Source of the DNA: an uncultured Clostridium sp.
GTDB taxonomy: Bacteria > Bacillota > Clostridia > TANB77 > CAG-508
DNA length: 64,000 bases
Reading direction: 5' to 3'
Assembly (NCBI GenBank): GCA_946411515.1
Contig: CAMKEH010000001.1
Span: 21,013-85,012 of the forward strand
The notes under the pieces are model-generated. The model was not told the origin of the DNA and did not search any database. It saw nothing but the letters and a program-made list of their open reading frames with translations. Every line of letters begins with the position of its first letter. The stretch's first letter is position 1. Shown here one piece after another: positions 50,379 to 60,715 of this stretch. A program made the position numbers and the translations under genes.

Positions 50379-50430
50379 ACAAACATTTGACTTTTTGTAT
50401 TTTTATGATATAATGAGTACAAATGTTTGT
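50379..50430 (+). promoter_or_regulatory. Promoter bracketed by an 11-bp inverted repeat (LexA/SOS-box-like)
   Basis: ACAAACATTTG (50379-50389) and CAAATGTTTGT (50420-50430) around TTGACT-N16-TATAAT. Confidence 0.55.
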
Positions 50431-50441
50431 CTTTATGAGGG

Positions 50442-51747
50442 ATGAAAATGGATATTATGGATAAATTACAAATACTTGCCGACTCTGCCAAATATGATGC
50501 ATCTTGTAGTTCAAGTGGAAGTTCTAGAAGAAATAGAACTAATGGTATAGGAGCAACTGCAACTTCTGGTATATGTCATAGCTTTGGAGCTGATGGTCGT
50601 TGTATTTCATTACTTAAAATATTATTTAGTAACTGCTGTATATATGATTGTAAATATTGTATAAATAGATGTTCAAATTCAGTAAAACGTGCAACTTTTA
50701 CTCCATATGAAGTTGCAGATTTAACAATAAACTTTTATAAAAGAAACTATATAGAAGGATTATTTTTAAGTTCTGCTGTAATAAAATCGCCTGATTATAC
50801 AATGGAAATGTTAGTAAAAACTGTTTCAATACTAAGGGATGAATATAATTTTAATGGATATATTCATTGTAAAACAATTCCTCGGATGTTCTAAAGAGCT
50901 AATTGATAAATTAGGAAAATTAGTTGATAGAATGAGTATAAATATAGAACTACCATCTAATGATAGTTTAAAACTTCTTGCACCTCAAAAAGAAAAGCAA
51001 AATATTTTAGACCCCATGAGTTATATATCAAAGGGAATCAAAGAAAATAAATTAGATAAAAATAAGTTTAAATCTTCTTTTGTTCCTGCAGGTCAAACAA
51101 CTCAGCTAATCGTTGGTGCTACTCCAGAAACTGATTTAAAAATATTAAAACTATCTGAAGGATTATATAACAAATTAAATTTAAAAAGAGTATACTATTC
51201 TGCATATGTAAGTGTTAATAATGATAAAAATCTACCAGCTTTAAAATCTCCTCCTCTACTTCGTGAAAATAGATTATATCAAGCAGATTGGTTACTTAGA
51301 TTTTATGGATTTAAAGCAAGTGAATTATTAGATGAAACTCATCCAAACTTCAATAATATTTTAGACCCTAAATGTGACTGGGCTCTTAGAAATATGGATA
51401 AATTTCCTGTTGAAATAAATACAGCTGATTATTTTACATTACTTAAAATTCCTGGAATTGGTATTATATCAGCTAAAAAAATAATTCGTGCAAGGCAAAG
51501 TTTTTTACTTGATTTTGAATCTTTAAAAAAACTTGGAGTTGTATTAAAAAGAGCTAAATATTTTATTACTTGCAAAGGAACATACTTTGATAAAGTATTT
51601 AAATTTAATCAAACATTTATTGAAACAAACCTTATTTATCAAGAAAGATATAGTTTACCTACAAAAGAATTCAAGCAATTATCACTTTTTGATAACTTGC
51701 AACCTACAAAGGAGGATAAAATAAAATGTCTAACTGGAAGCTTATAA
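50442..51747 (+). CDS. Putative DNA modification/repair radical SAM protein with HhH motif; +1 shift at CGG, extra C at 50883
   Basis: NCCIYDCKYC, EGLFLSS. CCT-C-GGA restores HCKTIPGCSKELI. RENRLYQADWLLRFYGF, IPGIG. Joined length 434 aa. Confidence 0.9.
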
Positions 51748-52484
51748 ACAAAACTTATTTATATGATGGAACTTTTCAAGGATTTTTAACAATAGTATTT
51801 GATAGTTATTATCAAAAAACACTACCACAAAAGATTTATGAAGAAAAGAATTATGTATCTAATTTTTTAGATACAACTATCTATGTTGAAACAGATTTTG
51901 AAAAATCTAAAAGAGTTTTTGATGGAATTGAAAAAAATATTGGATATGATGCTTTAAGAAACACTTATTATGCATTCTTATCTGATAAAAAAGATAAAGA
52001 AATTTATATATTAAAATATTTATGTGATGGATTTGATATTGGTCCTAAAATAAACAATAACCTTACTACTTCATATGTATTCCAAACAATTAATATGAGA
52101 AAAAGAACACTTTCTGAATATGATAAATTAAGAGGTTTGCTTCGTTTTCAAGAAATTGGAGAAAATCTATGTTATGCATTTGTTCATCCAGATACTAATA
52201 TAATAGAAACCTTAGGAAATCACTTTATAAAAAGACTGCCTTCTATGAATTTTATAATTCATGATAAAAATAGAGAAATATGTTTTATATATAATACCAA
52301 AGAATATAAAATTATTGATAGCAAAGATATCAAAATTCCTAAAATCTCAGAATATGAGAAAACATATCAAGATCTATGGAAAATATTTTTTAAAACTATT
52401 GCTATTAAAGAAAGAAAAAACTACAAATGTCAGCTAAATCATATGCCTAAAAAATATTGGAAAGATTTAATTGAAGAGCCTTAA
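51726..52484 (+). CDS. TIGR03915-like DNA metabolism protein, usual partner of the radical SAM gene
   Basis: YLYDGTFQGFL, LRGLLRF, FIIHDKNR, LWKIFFKTIAIKERKN...HMPKKYW. Confidence 0.85.
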   Translation: MSNWKLINKTYLYDGTFQGFLTIVFDSYYQKTLPQKIYEEKNYVSNFLDTTIYVETDFEKSKRVFDGIEKNIGYDALRNTYYAFLSDKKDKEIYILKYLCDGFDIGPKINNNLTTSYVFQTINMRKRTLSEYDKLRGLLRFQEIGENLCYAFVHPDTNIIETLGNHFIKRLPSMNFIIHDKNREICFIYNTKEYKIIDSKDIKIPKISEYEKTYQDLWKIFFKTIAIKERKNYKCQLNHMPKKYWKDLIEEP

Positions 52485-52518
52485 AAAAAGCCACTAATTA
52501 CACTTTAGTGGCTTTTTT
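52483..52518. terminator. Bidirectional intrinsic terminator
   Basis: AAAAAAGCCACTA...TAGTGGCTTTTTT. Confidence 0.8.
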
Positions 52519-52530
52519 AATTACTATTTT

Positions 52531-53322
52531 CTATTTAAAAACAATTCTTTGAACTGTTTCAAAACATCCATCTTCTCCTGTTAAAACAATATCAAAATTT
52601 TCTTTACTTTTTTCTAAATTTTCTTCAATCTTTTCATTTAAGAAATTTACTGTTATAGTATTTATTATTTGTTCTTCTGGTATCATTTTTAAATCTTCTA
52701 ATACATCTCCTAATAATAAACTATACTTTCTTTTTCCTATTTCTTCTTTAAAAAATTTTGGTAAGTCATGTTTTAAATTTTTATTCATTGAATGAATAAT
52801 CTCTTCCTTGAATTTTTCCATATTTCCGTTTTTATCAAATTTTATAAAATTACTAATAATATACATATTTTTATATAACGAGTTATTTTTCTCTAAAAAT
52901 AATTCTATTGTATTTCCAATCCCTGCTGAAATAATAATTATAGGAACATTACTTTCATGCATATTCTTTAAAAACTCTTTAGCACCTTTTCTAAATTTTA
53001 ATTTGCTTTTTATTACAGATTCTTCTAATTTTTCTTTTGTTAAGCTATAAATATAATACAAGTTCATACAGTCATTATACCATGTTTCCATGGCTTTATA
53101 TTTTTCTTCATAAGGCAATTTATAATTTATTTCTACTGGCATATATTTTTTATATAAGTCATCTATATCTTTCTTAAATTCTTTGCTTAAATTTATTCCT
53201 GTTGCATCCCAAGAATCTTGACTATCAATATCTGTTATTGTTTTATCAAAATCTATTACGACATACATATTATTTTTATCTAATTTAATTTTATCTAATT
53301 TTTCTTTTTTTATATATTTCAT
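52531..53322 (-). CDS. HAD hydrolase, pyrimidine 5'-nucleotidase (cN-III)-like
   Basis: IDFDKTIT, ISAGIG, ISNF, IIHSMNK, LLGDVLEDLKM. Confidence 0.7.
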   Translation of the reverse strand: MKYIKKEKLDKIKLDKNNMYVVIDFDKTITDIDSQDSWDATGINLSKEFKKDIDDLYKKYMPVEINYKLPYEEKYKAMETWYNDCMNLYYIYSLTKEKLEESVIKSKLKFRKGAKEFLKNMHESNVPIIIISAGIGNTIELFLEKNNSLYKNMYIISNFIKFDKNGNMEKFKEEIIHSMNKNLKHDLPKFFKEEIGKRKYSLLLGDVLEDLKMIPEEQIINTITVNFLNEKIEENLEKSKENFDIVLTGEDGCFETVQRIVFK

Positions 53323-53457
53323 ACTATCTCTCCTTGCTTTAAAATTTTACTATATTTTACTTTTAAAATCAAATTTTTAAAATATTTATAGTTTTATTGT
53401 TTAAATAACTCTTATTGTGATATAATAGGCTCAAATTAAAATAAATGGAGAAAATAA

Positions 53458-54768
53458 ATGAAGAACTTTTTTATTGTATTAATTATGAAATTATTTTATA
53501 TAGGACTAAAAATCTTGGGAAAAAATGGTGGAAATTTATTAGGTAAAGTCGCTTATGATTGGAATAGAAATATTTTTAAATACTTTAAAGTAGACTGCCC
53601 TGTAATTGCAGTAACTGCAACAAATGGTAAAACTATGACAAATAATGCAATTGGATACACCTTAAAAACTGCAGATAAAAAAGTAATTAGTAATATCGAA
53701 GGAAATAATATGGAAACAGGTATACTTTCTACATTGCTTAAAAACTGTACTTTAACTGGAAAAATAAAAGCAGACTTTCTAGTCTTTGAAGTTGATGAAG
53801 GTTATGTCCCTGTTATATTTAAAGATTTTAGATTAGATACATTGGTTGTCTTAGATTTCTTTCGTGATCAACTAGATAGAAATGGTGAAGTTGAATCTCT
53901 AATTTTAAGAATTGATGAATTTTTAAAAACATATACTGGTAATTTAGTATTAAATAATGATGATCCAAATGTAGCAAGACTAGGAAAAGCAAATCCTGAT
54001 AATAAAAATGTTTATTACTTTAGTGTTGATAAATATAAATTTGCAACTAAGAATATTAAAGAAGCTGGCGAAGGAAAATTCTGTCCATTTTGTAATACTC
54101 GTATTGAATATGAATATTATCAATACTCTCATATAGGAAAATTCAAATGTCCTAATTGTGATTATGGAAATAATGAAATTTATAAATTAGCAACAGATGT
54201 TGATTTAGAAAATAGAACTTTTAAAATTGGTGATATTACTTATAAAACAAGATTTAATAGTATTTATAATATATATAATTTTGTTGCAGTTATATCTTGT
54301 GTAAGCTTATATAATATCGAAACTAGTTATATTAAAGAATCTTTATCAAAATTTGTTTTAAATAACGGAAGACTTGAAGAAGTAACAATTAGAGATATTC
54401 CAACAATTATAAACTTAGCAAAAAATCCAACTGGATGTAATGTTTCTTTAAGAATATTGAATGAAGATAATGATGAAAAAGAACTATTATTTGTTTTAAA
54501 TGATAATTTAGCAGACGGATTAGATGTATCTTGGATTTGGGATATTAATTTTGATAACTTAAATAATGTAAAAAGAATTATAACATCAGGAACCAGAGCA
54601 TATGATATTGCAATCAGAATAAAAACTTCTGGTTTTAATGAATCAAAAATTGAAGCATATTTAAACCTACATGAAGCTGTAGATAGTTTATATAAAACAA
54701 ATACTAAAAAATATGTAATAGCAAACTACACTTCACTTCAACCAACAAGAAAAGCACTTGGACTATAA
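53458..54768 (+). CDS. murT: Lipid II isoglutaminyl synthase subunit MurT
   Basis: TATNGKT, EVDE, FRDQLDR, CPFC/CPNC, LAKNP, ADGLDVSWIWD. Confidence 0.9.
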   Translation: MKNFFIVLIMKLFYIGLKILGKNGGNLLGKVAYDWNRNIFKYFKVDCPVIAVTATNGKTMTNNAIGYTLKTADKKVISNIEGNNMETGILSTLLKNCTLTGKIKADFLVFEVDEGYVPVIFKDFRLDTLVVLDFFRDQLDRNGEVESLILRIDEFLKTYTGNLVLNNDDPNVARLGKANPDNKNVYYFSVDKYKFATKNIKEAGEGKFCPFCNTRIEYEYYQYSHIGKFKCPNCDYGNNEIYKLATDVDLENRTFKIGDITYKTRFNSIYNIYNFVAVISCVSLYNIETSYIKESLSKFVLNNGRLEEVTIRDIPTIINLAKNPTGCNVSLRILNEDNDEKELLFVLNDNLADGLDVSWIWDINFDNLNNVKRIITSGTRAYDIAIRIKTSGFNESKIEAYLNLHEAVDSLYKTNTKKYVIANYTSLQPTRKALGL

Positions 54769-54840
54769 AATGGCTAAACAGGGACGGATACACTTTAGCC
54801 ATTCAAAAATGGTTAACTCATCCCCGTCCCCATTTAACCA
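54769..54840. repeat. Two adjacent hairpins with complementary GGGACGG/CCGTCCC loops
   Basis: AATGGCTAAA-cagggacggatacac-TTTAGCCATT and TGGTTAA-ctcatccccgtccccat-TTAACCA. Confidence 0.55.
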
Positions 54841-54857
54841 ATTGGAGGAATTAATTT

Positions 54858-55604
54858 ATGAAAGAATTAGAAATATTATATTTATATCCAGATATATTAG
54901 AACTATATGGTGATTTTGGAAATATTCAAGTATTAAAATATAGATTAGAAAAACGCGGAATTAAAGCAAGTATTACCCCTTATTCTATCGGAGATGATGC
55001 ACCTGATTTTACTAAATTTGATTTAGTATTTTCTGGCGGTGGTGCTGATCAAGAACAAGGTATTTTATCAGAAGATTTGATTAAGTATAAAGATAATATA
55101 AAAGAAGCGGTAAAAAACGGCGTGTTTTTCTTACTTATTTGTGGTTCTTATCAATTATTTGGTAAATACTACAAATCAGCCGATGGAAATATTATTCCTG
55201 GTTTAGAAATATTTGATTATTATACAGAAGCAATTCAAGATAGACAAAAAAGATGTATTGGAAATATTGTAATAAATACTAAATTAAATGACAAAGAAAC
55301 TAAAATAATAGGCTTTGAAAATCATGGTGGACAAACATTTAATATAGATACTCCTTTGGGAGATGTTCTTTATGGTAATGGTAACAAATTTGGAGATACT
55401 AAAGAAGGATTTATGAAGCAAAATGTTATAGCAACTTATTTACATGGTCCTCTTCTTTCTAAAAATCCTGAACTTACAGATTACATTATAAAATATTGTT
55501 TAGATAGGAAATATAATGAAGATATAGCTTTAGAACCTTTAAATGATGATTTTGAAAATAAATGTAGAGAACAATTATTAAATAGATTTTTAAGTGCAAA
55601 ATAG
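54858..55604 (+). CDS. gatD: Glutamine amidotransferase subunit GatD
   Basis: LYGDFGN, GGGADQEQ, ICGSYQL, FENHGG, YLHGP; follows murT. Confidence 0.9.
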   Translation: MKELEILYLYPDILELYGDFGNIQVLKYRLEKRGIKASITPYSIGDDAPDFTKFDLVFSGGGADQEQGILSEDLIKYKDNIKEAVKNGVFFLLICGSYQLFGKYYKSADGNIIPGLEIFDYYTEAIQDRQKRCIGNIVINTKLNDKETKIIGFENHGGQTFNIDTPLGDVLYGNGNKFGDTKEGFMKQNVIATYLHGPLLSKNPELTDYIIKYCLDRKYNEDIALEPLNDDFENKCREQLLNRFLSAK

Positions 55605-55628
55605 GACTATAAATCATAGTCCTATTTT
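55598..55628. terminator. Bidirectional intrinsic terminator
   Basis: AAAATAGGACTAT-aaatc-ATAGTCCTATTTT. Confidence 0.8.
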
Positions 55629-55641
55629 TATTTATTAAATT

Positions 55642-57768
55642 TTACAAATGCATAACTCTTTGTTTTATCTCTTTTGTTTTACCAACATTCCAGAAGTTCT
55701 CTCCTAAGTAGCCGCAAGTTCTTCTTACAACTGTAAGTTTTTTGTGGTCTTTATTACCACAATTTGGACATTCCCATTCATTATCTTTATTAATTATTAT
55801 TTCTCCATCAAATCCACACTCATGGCAATAATCAGATTTAGTATTAAATTCTGCATATTGTATATTATCATAGATGAATTTTACAACCGTTTCTAAAGCT
55901 TCAATATTTTTATTCATATTTGGTATTTCAATATATGAAATACATCCTCCTGTTGAAATTCCTTGAAATTCACTTTCAAATGATAATTTTTCGAATGCAT
56001 CTATCTTTTCTCTAACATCTACATGATAAGAATTTGTATAATATCCTTTGTCTGTTATGTCTTTTATTGTCCCAAATCTTTCTTTATCTATTCTTGCAAA
56101 TCTGTAACATAAGCTTTCTGCTGGTGTTCCGTATAATGCAAATCCTAAATTAGTTTCTTTTTTCCATTCATTTACTTTATCTTTCATATGTTTCATAACT
56201 TTTATTGCAAATTCGTGTCCCTCTTCTGTTGTATGAGATACACCTTTTACTAATTTTGTTACTTCATATATTCCGATATAACCAAGTGATAATGTAGAAT
56301 ATCCTCCATAAAGTAATTTATCTATAGTTTCTCCTTTTTTAAGACGTGCAATTGCTCCATATTGCCAATGAATTGGGCTTGTATCTGATTTAGTGCCAAG
56401 TAAAGCATAATGTCTACACATTAGAGCTTCTTTACAAAGTTCTAGTCTTTCATCAAATAATTTCCAAAATTCTTCTTCATTACCATCTGCAACAATTCCT
56501 ATTTGTGGTAAATTTATACTTACCACACCTTGATTGAATCTTCCTTCAAATTTATAATTTCCATTTTCATCTTTCCAAGGAGATAAGAAACTTCTACATC
56601 CCATAGGACTAAATACATTTCCTTCATAGTTTTCTCTCATTTTCTTTGCAGAAATATAATCAGGATACATTCTTTTTGCAGAACATTTAACAGCAAGTTT
56701 TGTTAAATAATCATATTCTCCCCCTGTTAAGTTGTTAAATTCATCTAAAACATAAACTAACTTTGGAAATGCTGGTGTAATATAAACACCTGCTTCGTTT
56801 TTTATTCCTTCATATCTTTGTCTTAAAATTTCTTCAATTATCATAGCATTTTCTTTTATATATGGATCATCTTTTTCTAAATGTAAAAATAATGTTACAA
56901 ATGGTGCTTGACCATTAGTTGTCATTAAGGTATTTATTTGATATTGAATAGTTTGTACACCTGCTTTAAGTTCTGCTTTTAATCTAATTTGTACTAAATC
57001 TTCAATTGTTTTTTCATCTAACTTATCTTTATATTCAGCTTCTATTTCTTTTTTAAATTTATCATAACTTTTTCTTAAATATTTTCCAAAATGAATCATA
57101 TCAACTGATTGACCACCATATTGGTTACTTGCAACAACAGAAATAATTTGTGTTGCAACTATACATGCAACTTGAAAACTTTTAGGCGATTCAATCATTT
57201 TACCATTCATAACTGTTCCATTGTCTAACATATCCGAAATATTAATTAAGCAACAATTAAAGATTGGCTGTACAAAATAATCTGCATCATGGAAATGTAA
57301 AATACCGTCTTCATGTGCTTTAGATATCTTCTCAGGAAGAAGCATTCTTTTTGTTAAATCTCTTGAAACTTCTCCTGCTATATAATCTCTTTGAGTAGAT
57401 GCAAGCATTGTATTCTTATTAGAGTTTTCTTCTGCAAGTTCTTTATTTTCATTTCTAATCAATCCTAAAATTGATTCATCAGTAGTGTTAGCTTTTCTAA
57501 CTAAAGCTCTTGTATAACGATACACAATATATTCTTTAGCTAATGCATATTTATTTAGTTCCATTAGTTTTTGTTCTATTATATCTTGTATATCTTCAAC
57601 AAGCATTCTTTTCTTAGATAATGACTCAATATATTCTATTATACTTTTTATTTCTTCTTTACTTGCTCTTTCTTTAGTTGGCACTTCATTGTTTGCCTTT
57701 CCTATTGCTATTTCTATTTTTTGTCTATCATAATCAACTGCTCTTCCATCTCTTTTAATAACTTTCAT
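55642..57768 (-). CDS. nrdD: Anaerobic (class III) ribonucleoside-triphosphate reductase, copy B
   Basis: ATP cone, FNCC, PMGCRSFL, GRFNQGV, CHECG/CPNCG, RRTCGY. Confidence 0.93.
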   Translation of the reverse strand: MKVIKRDGRAVDYDRQKIEIAIGKANNEVPTKERASKEEIKSIIEYIESLSKKRMLVEDIQDIIEQKLMELNKYALAKEYIVYRYTRALVRKANTTDESILGLIRNENKELAEENSNKNTMLASTQRDYIAGEVSRDLTKRMLLPEKISKAHEDGILHFHDADYFVQPIFNCCLINISDMLDNGTVMNGKMIESPKSFQVACIVATQIISVVASNQYGGQSVDMIHFGKYLRKSYDKFKKEIEAEYKDKLDEKTIEDLVQIRLKAELKAGVQTIQYQINTLMTTNGQAPFVTLFLHLEKDDPYIKENAMIIEEILRQRYEGIKNEAGVYITPAFPKLVYVLDEFNNLTGGEYDYLTKLAVKCSAKRMYPDYISAKKMRENYEGNVFSPMGCRSFLSPWKDENGNYKFEGRFNQGVVSINLPQIGIVADGNEEEFWKLFDERLELCKEALMCRHYALLGTKSDTSPIHWQYGAIARLKKGETIDKLLYGGYSTLSLGYIGIYEVTKLVKGVSHTTEEGHEFAIKVMKHMKDKVNEWKKETNLGFALYGTPAESLCYRFARIDKERFGTIKDITDKGYYTNSYHVDVREKIDAFEKLSFESEFQGISTGGCISYIEIPNMNKNIEALETVVKFIYDNIQYAEFNTKSDYCHECGFDGEIIINKDNEWECPNCGNKDHKKLTVVRRTCGYLGENFWNVGKTKEIKQRVMHL

Positions 57769-57833
57769 ACAATAATTCTCCTTTTTTTGATTAAAGAAGT
57801 TGTTTCTATAGAGAAAAACAACTTCTTTTTTCT

Positions 57834-58325
57834 TTAGTCAAATAATATTGTTTCTGAGCCTTTTTCACTTGCCTTAACATCTATAACTCTTTGATTTGAT
57901 GAGCCTTTCCATTTTAAAGTCGGATTTCGAAGTGCATCTACATATTGTCCATCAACTAAAACATCTACATACTTCATTACTTCTTTATCTTTTAAATCTT
58001 TTTCAAAATTAAATCCTGACCATACCCAAAGGCTTTTATTTGGATATTTTTCTTTAAAGGCTTTTGCAAGTTTTGTAGTTCCTTCTATATTTTTAGGATG
58101 CATAGGTTCTCCGCCCAAGATTGATAAACCTTCTATATAATCTTTATCACACAAATCCATAATTTTATCTGCTGTCTCTTTAGTAAATTCATTACCTAAT
58201 GTAAAATCATGAGTTTCTGGATTAAAACAATTTTTACAATTGAATGCACAGCCTTGAGTAAAAATTGAAACTCTTACTCCTGGTCCATTAGAAATATCCA
58301 TTTTTCTGATTTTATTATATCTCAT
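57834..58325 (-). CDS. nrdG: Anaerobic RNR activating enzyme
   Basis: NGPGVR, GCAFNCKNCFNP, LGGEP, GSSNQR. Confidence 0.93.
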   Translation of the reverse strand: MRYNKIRKMDISNGPGVRVSIFTQGCAFNCKNCFNPETHDFTLGNEFTKETADKIMDLCDKDYIEGLSILGGEPMHPKNIEGTTKLAKAFKEKYPNKSLWVWSGFNFEKDLKDKEVMKYVDVLVDGQYVDALRNPTLKWKGSSNQRVIDVKASEKGSETILFD

Positions 58326-58359
58326 ATGTAATCTCTCCTAACATTTAGATGTTATTGTT

Positions 58360-60558
58360 TTAAGCATCTTTATTATCTATATGTAAAACTCTTTCTTTTA
58401 TTTCTTGTGTTCTTCCTTTGTTCCAGAAATTACTTCCAATATAACCACATGTTCTTCTTGCTACATTTAATGTGTCATGATTTCTATTTCCACAATTTGG
58501 ACAATACCATTCTAAATTATCATCAATTAAAATTTCTCCATCATATCCACATTCTTGACAATAATCTGATTTTGTATTTAATTCTGCATACATGATATTT
58601 TCATATATAAATTTAATTAATTCGATTACTGCATCTAAGTTGTTTTGTAAGTTTGGTGTTTCTACATATGATATAGCTCCACCAGGACTTAATCTTTGGA
58701 ATTCACTTTCTAATTTTAGTTTAGAGAAAGCATCTATTTCTTCAAATACAGGTATATGATATGAATTTGTTACATATCCTCTGTCTGTAATTCCTTTTAC
58801 AGTTCCAAATCTTTTCTTTAAACATTTTGCAAATTTATATGTTGTTGATTCTATTGGTGTACCATATACTGAATAATCAATATTTTCTGCTTCTTTCCAT
58901 TTTTTACATGCATCATTCATATGTTGCATAACTTCTAATCCAAATTCTTTTCCTTTACCATTATCAGTATGAGAATGTCCTGTCATGTATTTAACACATT
59001 CATAAAGTCCTGCATATCCAAGTGATATTGTTGAATATCCATTATGTAATAAGTCATGTATACTTTCACCTTTTTCTAATCTTGCTAATGCTCCATGTTG
59101 CCAAAGGATAGGTGCTACATCACTTGTAGCTTTACTTAATCTTTGATGTCTTAATTGTAAAGCTCTATGACAAAGATCTAATCTTTCATCAAATATTTGC
59201 CAGAATAATTCCATATCTTTTCCAGAAGATAATGCAATATCTGGTAAATTTAATGTTACAACACCTTGGTTAAATCTTCCATAATACTTTCCTTTTCCAG
59301 GAACATAATTTTTAGCTTTAGCAACATTTCCTAAACTTATTGATCTATCAGGAGTTAAGAATGATCTACATCCCATACAAGGATAACATTCTCCTTCTCC
59401 ATATTCATTTTTCTTTAATTCCTTCATTACTTTTTCACTTATATAATCAGGAACCATTCTTTTTGCTGTACATTTTGCAGCAAGCTTAGTTAAATACCAA
59501 TATTTACTTTTTTCATGAATATTATCTTCTTCTAGAACATATAGAAGTTTTGGGAATGCTGGTGTTATAAATACACCTTTTTCATTTTTCATTCCTTCTA
59601 TTCTTTGTTTTAATACTTCTTCAATGATCATTGCAAGCTCTTCTTTATATTCTTCTGTTTCTCCTAAGTACATGTTAACACTTAAGAAAGGTGCTTGCCC
59701 ATTTGTTGTTGTCATAGAATTTATTTGATATTGGAATGTTTGTACGCCATCTTTAATTTCTCTTGCTAAATCTTCTTTAGCAAACTTTTCACATTGTTCT
59801 TTTGGTAATTTTCTTTCTTCATATTTTTTTAAGTATTTATTGTAACTATCTCTTACAAAAGGTGCTAAATGTGTAAGTGAAATTGTACATCCGCCATATT
59901 GACTTGATGCAACTGCTGTTATTAATTGTGTTGCAATTGTCATAGCTGTTATAAATCTATGTGGTTTTTCTATCATTACTCCATTTATATTTGTACCATT
60001 TTGTAACATATCTTCTAGGTTTATTAAATCACAATTGTGTAATGCATTTTGTGCAAAATAATCTGCATCATGGAAATGAATTATTCCTTCATCATGTGCC
60101 TTTACTATATCTTCTGGAAGTAAAAATCTTCTTGTTATATCTGTAGATGTAATTCCAGCTAAATAATCTCTTTGTGTTGTAACTACTCTAGCATTTTTAT
60201 TTGAGTTTTCAGTATTCCAATATTCAGACTCTCCATCTATTAATTCTTTAATTGATTGATCTGTTGTATTTGCTTTTCTTACTAATTCTCTTGTATATCT
60301 ATATGTAATGTATCTCTTAGCTAATTGATATCTATCAAATTCCATTAATTTTTGTTCTATTATATCTTGAATATCTTCTACTAAAATTCTTCTTTTATTT
60401 AAATTTTCAATATATTTTATGATATCATTTATTTCTTTTTCAGATGCTTGTTCTTTATCTGAAACCTCTTTATTTGCCTTTCCTATTGCTATTCTTATTT
60501 TTTCTGGATCATAATCTACTATTGCTCCGTCTCTTTTTATGATTTTCATTTCTTTCAT
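58360..60558 (-). CDS. nrdD: Anaerobic (class III) ribonucleoside-triphosphate reductase, copy A
   Basis: ATP cone, HNCD, CMGCRSFL, GRFNQGV, CQECG/CPNCG, RRTCGY. Confidence 0.93.
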   Translation of the reverse strand: MKEMKIIKRDGAIVDYDPEKIRIAIGKANKEVSDKEQASEKEINDIIKYIENLNKRRILVEDIQDIIEQKLMEFDRYQLAKRYITYRYTRELVRKANTTDQSIKELIDGESEYWNTENSNKNARVVTTQRDYLAGITSTDITRRFLLPEDIVKAHDEGIIHFHDADYFAQNALHNCDLINLEDMLQNGTNINGVMIEKPHRFITAMTIATQLITAVASSQYGGCTISLTHLAPFVRDSYNKYLKKYEERKLPKEQCEKFAKEDLAREIKDGVQTFQYQINSMTTTNGQAPFLSVNMYLGETEEYKEELAMIIEEVLKQRIEGMKNEKGVFITPAFPKLLYVLEEDNIHEKSKYWYLTKLAAKCTAKRMVPDYISEKVMKELKKNEYGEGECYPCMGCRSFLTPDRSISLGNVAKAKNYVPGKGKYYGRFNQGVVTLNLPDIALSSGKDMELFWQIFDERLDLCHRALQLRHQRLSKATSDVAPILWQHGALARLEKGESIHDLLHNGYSTISLGYAGLYECVKYMTGHSHTDNGKGKEFGLEVMQHMNDACKKWKEAENIDYSVYGTPIESTTYKFAKCLKKRFGTVKGITDRGYVTNSYHIPVFEEIDAFSKLKLESEFQRLSPGGAISYVETPNLQNNLDAVIELIKFIYENIMYAELNTKSDYCQECGYDGEILIDDNLEWYCPNCGNRNHDTLNVARRTCGYIGSNFWNKGRTQEIKERVLHIDNKDA

Positions 60559-60686
60559 TTCCTCCTTAGATTTATTATGAACTAATTATATATTATTTTT
60601 TCACCTTTTCTGTTGCAAAAGCAACATTTTTTCTCTTTTTTTTAATCTTGATTTTAAACCCTAGTCTTTTGTAAGCTTTTGTCGTT

Positions 60687-60715
60687 TGTTACATTTATGT
60701 TACAAATCTGTTACA
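60687..60715 (-). promoter_or_regulatory. Triple TGTTACA direct repeat, 11-bp period
   Basis: TGTTACA at 60687, 60698 and 60709, between divergent nrdD and Crp/Fnr genes. Confidence 0.5.

Noticed and set aside
58326-58359. AACAT-ttag-ATGTT palindrome between nrdD and nrdG as an NrdR box
   Set aside because: Poor match to the NrdR consensus, and short palindromes are frequent in AT-rich DNA.
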